A stretch of DNA of 64,000 nt, taken from Desulfobacterales bacterium. GTDB lineage: Bacteria; Desulfobacterota; Desulfobacteria; Desulfobacterales; UBA5852. Made by a program: the position numbers and the translations under genes. This document shows, piece by piece, positions 58,749 to 64,000 of the stretch. Within the stretch, counting starts at the first letter, position 1; each line of letters begins with the position of its first letter. Under the pieces are notes generated by a model. That model had not been told where the DNA came from. It did not search any database and was given only the letters and a program-made list of their open reading frames with translations. The stretch is taken from contig CAXXVS010000002.1 of NCBI GenBank assembly GCA_963674755.2, positions 1,120,001 to 1,184,000 of the forward strand. The letters are read 5' to 3'.

Positions 58749-59726
58749 TCAGTCCAGAATACCCCCGCCGGGGTTGTTCATGATCTCACCGTCCTCGTGG
58801 TAGCCGATCACCACGGCCACGGTCTTGTGGGTCGTCATCTGCATCACGTCCCGGATCGGGATCCCCTGGCGCCCGGCCTCGGTCACGAAGCCCCGCCGCA
58901 GCGAGTGCCCGGCGTAGTGCTTGGGATCCCGCCCGCAGCGTTCCACCCGCTCTTTCACGATGCCGACGACGGTTTCCGGGGTGATCGGGTCATCCGTGAT
59001 CCGGCCGCGATGAATGGCGCGGAAGAGAAACCCGTCGGTAATCCGCGAAGCCCGCAACCAGGCCGTAAGCGCCTTTTTCGCCGTTCCCCGTATGGGCAGC
59101 CGGTAGCCGTGCCCGCCCTGGTCGGTCTTGGAGCGGGTCAGGTTGTAGATATAGCCGCCCCGCACCGCGTCCAGATCGTCCAGGCGCGCGGCCGCGACCT
59201 CGCTCCGGCGGCGCCCCCCGGAGCCGAAGGCAAACAGCAGGATCGCCCGGTCCCGGGTGTCTTTCAGCGACGTTCCGAAGGTGTCGACCATCTCATCCAG
59301 CAGCTTTTTGGTGATGGCCCGCTTCACTTGCGGCCGGTCGCCGGCCTTGGCCCGGGCCGCCTTGGATTTGGTCATCACCAGGCGCACCCGCCCGCCCTTG
59401 CACGGGTTCTCGGCGTCCTCGATGCCGCGCGACTGATGGGCGTAGGACAGCGAGGACAGGCGCCGTTCCACCGTGGCCACGGCATGGGGGCCGCGCTTGC
59501 GCTTGATGCCGGACGCCACCAGGATCTTGTCGTGTTCCGGGTCCAGGCCGTCCAGGTGGTCGGTGATGAAGCGGATCACCACGTCGGCCGCCACGGGATA
59601 GTGCGGGACCAGGCCCATGGTCACCTGCGCCCAGGCCCAGAAATATTTCATATCGCCGTCATGCGCCCGGTGGGTGTTCTCCGCCGTTCCCGCTTCGATG
59701 ATCCTGTCGATCCGGTCTTGGCTCAT
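58749..59726 (-). CDS. Tyrosine recombinase, Cre/TnpS-like
   Basis: Catalytic set GGRRRSE (R), SKTDQ (K), GHSLRRG (HxxR), THK (H), IGY (Y); N-terminal SAM-like AENT.RA...D..YF..W; ATGA overlap with the rep gene. Confidence 0.92.
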   Translation of the reverse strand: MSQDRIDRIIEAGTAENTHRAHDGDMKYFWAWAQVTMGLVPHYPVAADVVIRFITDHLDGLDPEHDKILVASGIKRKRGPHAVATVERRLSSLSYAHQSRGIEDAENPCKGGRVRLVMTKSKAARAKAGDRPQVKRAITKKLLDEMVDTFGTSLKDTRDRAILLFAFGSGGRRRSEVAAARLDDLDAVRGGYIYNLTRSKTDQGGHGYRLPIRGTAKKALTAWLRASRITDGFLFRAIHRGRITDDPITPETVVGIVKERVERCGRDPKHYAGHSLRRGFVTEAGRQGIPIRDVMQMTTHKTVAVVIGYHEDGEIMNNPGGGILD

Positions 59727-60550
59727 AGATCTCCGATTCCCTTCAAAAGTTCCCGGAAGCGCGGGTCCAGGGTGATTTCCCGCTTGAACTGCGCGGACCG
59801 CTCGATGGCCTCGCGCTCGTTGAAATTGCCGTTCACCGTGCGGATCGTGGCGTCCGCGTAGGCCCAGGGCTTGCCCGTGCGCACCGGCCAGGCTTTCTTC
59901 AGGCTGGCCAAGGTCTTCACGATCGCGCCGGGATGCGCGTTCCGGTTGGTCCAGTACTGCACCCACTGGAACACGTTGAAGTGCTTCCGGCTGCACACGG
60001 CCGCGATGGCCTCGCACAGCGCCACGATTTCGGCCGTCTCGGGGGCGTCTTTGTGGTGGAAAAGTTGACCGGGATTTTCGGGTTTGGGGACGGGTTCGGA
60101 AGGGGCGGCGCGGGCCTGGCCTGCGCCGTTGTTTTTAAAATCTACTTCTGTTTCTACTTCTAGGCGGACTTTTTTAGGATGTGAATCCGGCGCGTGTCCG
60201 GACAAGCTCGCGATTTGCTTGCGGGTGTATTCGTCGGCAAGCTCTTTTAATTTCGGGCAGTTGAGTTCTATTTGCTCCAGCCGTTTGTCGTGAAAAAGTC
60301 GGAAAAAAATGCGCTTTTTCTCCTGGTAAAACCCAAGTATAGTTCGGACTTTTCGCCAACTTATTCGGAACTTTTTCCTGAAATAGATCACCGAAAAGGT
60401 GTTTTTCCCCGGCCTCCGGGGGTCGAATTCGCGCGACATGATTTCCAAGGTCCTGAAATACACATAGTAGCCGTCCGGTCCGAAAACGCTGATCGCGTCA
60501 TCGATGTCGGGGTCGTCCCCGCTGTCCACCAGATGCTTGAACCATTTCAT
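59723..60550 (-). CDS. Phage replication initiator (Lin1244/DUF4373-like N-terminus)
   Basis: MKWFKH..D...DP....G..GY.VYF..LE; CPKL....DEYT; EVETEVD linker; C-terminal PWAY. Confidence 0.7.
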   Translation of the reverse strand: MKWFKHLVDSGDDPDIDDAISVFGPDGYYVYFRTLEIMSREFDPRRPGKNTFSVIYFRKKFRISWRKVRTILGFYQEKKRIFFRLFHDKRLEQIELNCPKLKELADEYTRKQIASLSGHAPDSHPKKVRLEVETEVDFKNNGAGQARAAPSEPVPKPENPGQLFHHKDAPETAEIVALCEAIAAVCSRKHFNVFQWVQYWTNRNAHPGAIVKTLASLKKAWPVRTGKPWAYADATIRTVNGNFNEREAIERSAQFKREITLDPRFRELLKGIGDL

Positions 60551-60804
60551 ACGCGGCGGCTTTGTCCTGAAACCGGGTGCCATTTGTATCTGTAGGGCCG
60601 GCCCCGGTCATGCCCCTCGTTCGTACCCGCCAACCAGGCGTCCTGTTGCGCGGAGCCCAAGGGGTACGGGCACGGCCCCACCGTGGCGGCCTCCCCCAGG
60701 TAGAATTTGAGCGCCGCCAGCACGCCCGCCTTGTATTCCGCGCTGCGCGGGTCCCGTTCGTTGGAAAAAGCCGCCTCGAACAATTCCTTCGCCGTCTTTT
60801 TCAT
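60547..60804 (-). CDS. Hypothetical phage protein
   Basis: RDPRS.EYKAG...CPY..G....DAW.AG..EG; ATGA-coupled on both sides. Confidence 0.6.
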   Translation of the reverse strand: MKKTAKELFEAAFSNERDPRSAEYKAGVLAALKFYLGEAATVGPCPYPLGSAQQDAWLAGTNEGHDRGRPYRYKWHPVSGQSRRV

Positions 60805-61220
60805 GACATTGCCTCCCGCACCCATTCCGCCGGCACGTCAAAGAGCCCCAGCCGCCCCGAACAGGGATGGAAGATTGTGGGCACGGCGCCTTCCATCACC
60901 AGCCCCATGGGGCCGAAGAACCAGAGTGACGGGTGTTCCGTAACGCAGTCGACCAAACGGGCGCGCCCCACGATACCGCCGGTATTGAAGTCTTTGGGAT
61001 GTGGATCGCGCCAGCCGAAGACGTTTCCCAGGGCCGCCAGAATCCAATCCAGTCCGTCGAAATCGAAGCGCTGGCCGGCGTGGATCGCCAACGGCCCCCG
61101 GTAGCGTGGCGGATATCGCCAGTCGCGGTTTTCAACGGGCTTTACCCCGTGAGCAAGGCACCAGGCCCAGGGCTGGCGCACGGACAAGCATTTGATCGTC
61201 GTCGTCATAGAGCACATCAT
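60801..61220 (-). CDS. ASCH domain protein
   Basis: LSVRQPWA...G.K.VENR.W...YRG.LAIHA; GIVG.A.LVDC; GRLGLF. Confidence 0.9.
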   Translation of the reverse strand: MMCSMTTTIKCLSVRQPWAWCLAHGVKPVENRDWRYPPRYRGPLAIHAGQRFDFDGLDWILAALGNVFGWRDPHPKDFNTGGIVGRARLVDCVTEHPSLWFFGPMGLVMEGAVPTIFHPCSGRLGLFDVPAEWVREAMS

Positions 61221-61549
61221 TTTCCCTCCGCGCGCAGTCCGTGCAGCACTGTGGCATGGCTGCGGTTGAATTCCCGGCCGATCTCCTCCAGCGTCGCCCC
61301 GATAATCTCACGGCAGTGAAGCATGGCCGCGTTTCGGGCACGCACCACCTGCCGCCTGCGGGACGTGGACGATAGGTCCCCCACGGAAACGCCGTGCTCG
61401 GCGGCTGCCCGGCGCTTGATATCCTCGTAGGAGGTGACGCGCCGCTCCAGCTCGTCAGCGCAGGCATCAAACGCGGCGGCCGTGGACTCGTGGCCGGTCC
61501 GGCGCAGCTCCCTGGCCTGCCTGCGCCAATGGCGGATCATCCCCACCAT
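61217..61549 (-). CDS. DnaA domain IV-like HTH protein
   Basis: GVSV.DL.S..R...VVRAR..AM..CRE....TLEEIG.EFNR.HATVLHG. Confidence 0.85.
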   Translation of the reverse strand: MVGMIRHWRRQARELRRTGHESTAAAFDACADELERRVTSYEDIKRRAAAEHGVSVGDLSSTSRRRQVVRARNAAMLHCREIIGATLEEIGREFNRSHATVLHGLRAEGK

Positions 61550-61672
61550 TGCGCGAAGCCCTCGCAGGCGAACCGGTTGACGGACCGGGAGAGTATCTCA
61601 CCCCTGTCTGGTTTCATGGCCAGCAATCCACTCGCAAAAATTTCTTTGTGATCGCGCCGCATGCTTGTGCCC

Positions 61673-61870
61673 CTATCCTTCCGCCGGTCTGGCCCGGAAA
61701 TAGGCCCCCGGCGTGGGGATCACGTCGCCGCCCTCCACCATGCAGGCGATGGCCGGGTCCGTGTCCGCGAAGAGGATTGTTAGTTCGCTGCGCGCCTCCG
61801 CTTCGCTTATCGCCTCCCACGGCCCGGCCTGCCCTCCCCGCGCCCGCCGCTCGAACATCACGCCCTTCAT
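61673..61870 (-). CDS. Hypothetical phage protein
   Basis: 65-aa ORF in the early operon with ATGA coupling. Confidence 0.45.
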   Translation of the reverse strand: MKGVMFERRARGGQAGPWEAISEAEARSELTILFADTDPAIACMVEGGDVIPTPGAYFRARPAEG

Positions 61871-62078
61871 TGGATGGCCGCCAGAGCACCGCTCTGCTTC
61901 ATGGCGTCCAGCAGTTCGTAAAGGATCCAGAAGCTGAACAGCGCGAAAATCACCATTTCCAGCAGCATTTGATTGAGCTTTCCCATGTCAGAATCCCCCT
62001 TTCTCGATGGCGTGGATCACTTCCAGCGCGGCCCACAGCATCAGCAGCAGAAGCGCGGCCGCGCACAGCAGATCGCTT

Positions 62079-62264
62079 TTAAGGCGTTTCATCTTTGGAT
62101 TTCCTCTTCTTCTTGGCCCCCGGCCGGGGCGGAAAGGTGTAGGGCTTGTCATGGCGTGGCCGTGGCAGGAGCGCCGCCAGGGTCTGGTTCTGCAGCTTCA
62201 ACTCGTGGATCAGGCGGTTGTTCCAGGCGATGACTTGGCGCACCTTTTGTTCTTGTTCATCCAT
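62079..62264 (-). CDS. Hypothetical phage protein
   Basis: 61-aa ORF in the early operon. Confidence 0.45.
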   Translation of the reverse strand: MDEQEQKVRQVIAWNNRLIHELKLQNQTLAALLPRPRHDKPYTFPPRPGAKKKRKSKDETP

Positions 62265-62295
62265 GAGATCCGCCCTAAAGGCTTGATTTTGCTAC

Positions 62296-62333
62296 GTGCA
62301 CCCAGGTGCACCTAAGTGCACCAAGGTGCACCT
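62296..62333. repeat. Four 10-bp-phased GTGCAC palindromes
   Basis: GTGCACCCAG GTGCACCTAA GTGCACCAAG GTGCACCT. Confidence 0.9.
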
Positions 62334-62349
62334 GACAGCCCAAAATTTT

Positions 62350-62622
62350 TTATGGTAGAGCATCAACGATCGGCTCGATCTTCTCGTGATGCCGCTGAAA
62401 CTTGTCCCGGTGCGGATACCATTCGAGGTAAAATTCGATGGCTTCCTTGATCAGCGTTGAACAGCCCTTGTTTTCGGATTTGGCGATGGCCTGCAGGTGG
62501 TTCTTTTGGGTGGGCGTCAGCTTCACGTTCACGTCTGCCGTGCGGCTTTCGTTCTGCGCGGCGGATTTGAAGCCCTCCAAATGGATTTCGATGGCCGTGC
62601 CGTTGTTTCGATCGATGCGCAT
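62350..62622 (-). CDS. Ribbon-helix-helix-like DNA-binding protein (CII position)
   Basis: RTADVNVKLTPTQK..LQAIA......STLIKEAIE.YL; RBS AAGGA. Confidence 0.65.
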   Translation of the reverse strand: MRIDRNNGTAIEIHLEGFKSAAQNESRTADVNVKLTPTQKNHLQAIAKSENKGCSTLIKEAIEFYLEWYPHRDKFQRHHEKIEPIVDALP

Positions 62623-62683
62623 GGATGCCGATTCCTTCCCCCGCCGACGGTCCCTATTGCTTGACTTACCGTTATTATTTGGT

Positions 62684-62902
62684 TTAGGACTTAACCTCGG
62701 AGGCTTGCGCATAACGGTCCGGGAAAACCACTTCCACGGGCTTCCCGATCTTGTCGGCCACCAGGCGTTGCAGGTTGTCGCTGCGCATCTTGCGGCTGAT
62801 GACCCGACTGACCGCTATTTCGGTGACGGACGCCTCGCGGGCGATGGCCGCCTGGGTGACATGCCTTTTACGGAGTTCGAATTGGATCGTTAGAGGGTCC
62901 AT
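62684..62902 (-). CDS. Cro/Ner-like HTH protein
   Basis: LRKRHVTQAAIARE..VT..AVSRVI...IG.PVEVVFPDRY; divergent from the repressor. Confidence 0.85.
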   Translation of the reverse strand: MDPLTIQFELRKRHVTQAAIAREASVTEIAVSRVISRKMRSDNLQRLVADKIGKPVEVVFPDRYAQASEVKS

Positions 62903-62909
62903 AAATAAC

Positions 62910-62983
62910 TCCAATTGGGTTAGGTTTAGTGTATTTCTAAACCCAATTGGAATATTTTGTCAATATTATTTTTCCATTTGGGT
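62910..62983. promoter_or_regulatory. Immunity region: three operators (TCCAWTTGGGT) and a pR-like promoter
   Basis: TCCAATTGGGT 62910-62920, inverse copy 62941-62951, TCCATTTGGGT 62973-62983; TTGACA on minus at 62958-62963. Confidence 0.8.
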
Positions 62984-62988
62984 CTATT

Positions 62989-63468
62989 ATGGATGATATT
63001 CTGAAACGACTACTTGAAATTATTGAAGATCAGACCGGTGGAAATCGTAAAAAATTTTCGGAAAAGGCGGGAATTAGTAACAACACACTGACGAACTACA
63101 TTAATGGGCGGTCACCGAAAGCAGAATTTCTTAAGAGCATTTGCGAAACCTATTCGGTAAATCTGAATTGGCTTTTGACCGGTGCCGGCGACAAATATAT
63201 CGACATCGGCAACCCGGATGACGAACCCCCGCCCATCGGTGGCAAGGCTTTGCCCGATGGGCAGTTCCTTGATATCCATCGCACATTGCAGGAGTTGGCC
63301 GGGCTCAGCGATACCGCCTTGCGGGACGTCGAGATGTTTCTGGCGGGAATGGTGAAAGGGTTGCGCAACCGCGCTGGCGCACAGGCGGGCGATAGCGGCC
63401 GCCAGGCATGGGACGGCATCGAGCGCCGCTCCGGCCGGGATCGGCGGAGCGCACAGGGGGGAGATTAG
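62989..63468 (+). CDS. CI-like repressor (XRE HTH, no S24 peptidase domain)
   Basis: FSEKAGISNNTLTNYING.SP...L..I...Y.VNLNWLLTG.G; divergent from cro. Confidence 0.88.
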   Translation: MDDILKRLLEIIEDQTGGNRKKFSEKAGISNNTLTNYINGRSPKAEFLKSICETYSVNLNWLLTGAGDKYIDIGNPDDEPPPIGGKALPDGQFLDIHRTLQELAGLSDTALRDVEMFLAGMVKGLRNRAGAQAGDSGRQAWDGIERRSGRDRRSAQGGD

Positions 63469-63577
63469 CGGAGGGCTTTAATTCGAACGATGACCGCCCG
63501 GCCCGCAGCCGGATCAGCCATCGCGTCGCGAATATTATATATGTTGAGTTCGGGATCTGAACCGGGAGGTTATTGGT

Positions 63578-63913
63578 ATGAAGCGCATTGCTTTGTTACT
63601 GATCTTTCTCGCCGTGCCCGCCTACGCCCTTGACTATTCGGTTGTCGAAAAGCGCCTGGCTTACCTCAACGACATCGAAGGCGTTGCCCAGGTCGCCTTC
63701 GAACGCAACAACGTCTTCATCGGGTTTGAAACCCTGCCGGACGACTATGAATCAATCGTCCGCGCCGCCGCCTTCCATGGCAACAAAGCATTAGGCCGCC
63801 GCGTCCATGTTTGGGCCTGCAAATACGATGCGGAAATAGCTCCTGATCGCTGGCCTGTTTATTGTTTCGCGACCGCTCAGAACGGCAAAGTCGTTAACTT
63901 CGAGAAGCCCTGA
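63578..63913 (+). CDS. Secreted/periplasmic hypothetical protein in the lysogenic operon
   Basis: RBS GGAGG; signal peptide MKRIALLLIFLAVPAYA; two Cys. Confidence 0.7.
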   Translation: MKRIALLLIFLAVPAYALDYSVVEKRLAYLNDIEGVAQVAFERNNVFIGFETLPDDYESIVRAAAFHGNKALGRRVHVWACKYDAEIAPDRWPVYCFATAQNGKVVNFEKP

Positions 63914-63916
63914 TAA

Positions 63917-64000
63917 ATGTCCGTCCATCAGCTAAAAGACGGCCGATGGATCGCCAAGTTTCCGAAAGGGACGCTCACCGACGACCCAGGCCGGACCCGC
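63917..64000 (+). CDS. Probable phage integrase, N-terminal arm-binding fragment (truncated by window)
   Basis: MSVHQLKDGRWIAKFPKG... resembles integrase N-termini; position downstream of cI at the prophage end. Confidence 0.55.
   Translation, partial: MSVHQLKDGRWIAKFPKGTLTDDPGRTR

Larger units (their letters stand above)
34912..64000. mobile_element. Lambda-like siphoviral prophage adjacent to tRNA-Pro (continues past window end)
   Basis: Contiguous lysis-tail-head-terminase-replication-cro genes on minus; cI, a secreted ORF and a probable integrase start on plus; begins right after the tRNA 3' end. Confidence 0.93.

Noticed and set aside
59727..60017. N-terminal extension of the recombinase (422-aa call in the ORF track)
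   Set aside because: It overlaps the replication gene in another frame; the ATGA coupling at 59723-59726 gives the real start.

Overview
The window has three parts, and gene content suggests a deltaproteobacterium (Desulfosarcina/Desulfobacterales-like; inferred). (1) 1-23.6 kb: flagellin glycosylation island. It holds sugar-modifying enzymes, a PIG-L + DAHP synthase/chorismate mutase + CmoA-like + methyltransferase module, a Maf/DUF115 protein, a 3481-aa multidomain TPR/glycosyltransferase with a 1011-bp internal duplication, flaF/flbT and two near-identical flagellins. (2) 23.9-34.9 kb: sigma28-preceded signalling genes (receivers, HDOD, kinases, CheX), tRNA-Arg(ACG), tadA, purA and tRNA-Pro(CGG). 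(3) ~34.9 kb to the window end: a compact lambda-like siphoviral prophage beside tRNA-Pro, with lysis, tail, head, packaging, replication and immunity genes and the start of a probable integrase. Strongest leads: a second, Cre/TnpS-like recombinase in the replication operon, with two directly repeated quasi-palindromic sites flanking a ParB cassette and a related site at the edge of an AT-rich moron; that moron, encoding a Zn-phospholipase C-fold protein plus an Ig-like partner; a possible carboxy-SAM glycan-modification pathway; and a CI repressor with no autocleavage domain but an Arg-rich, possibly c-di-GMP-binding tail. All calls come from reading the sequence; no database searches were run.
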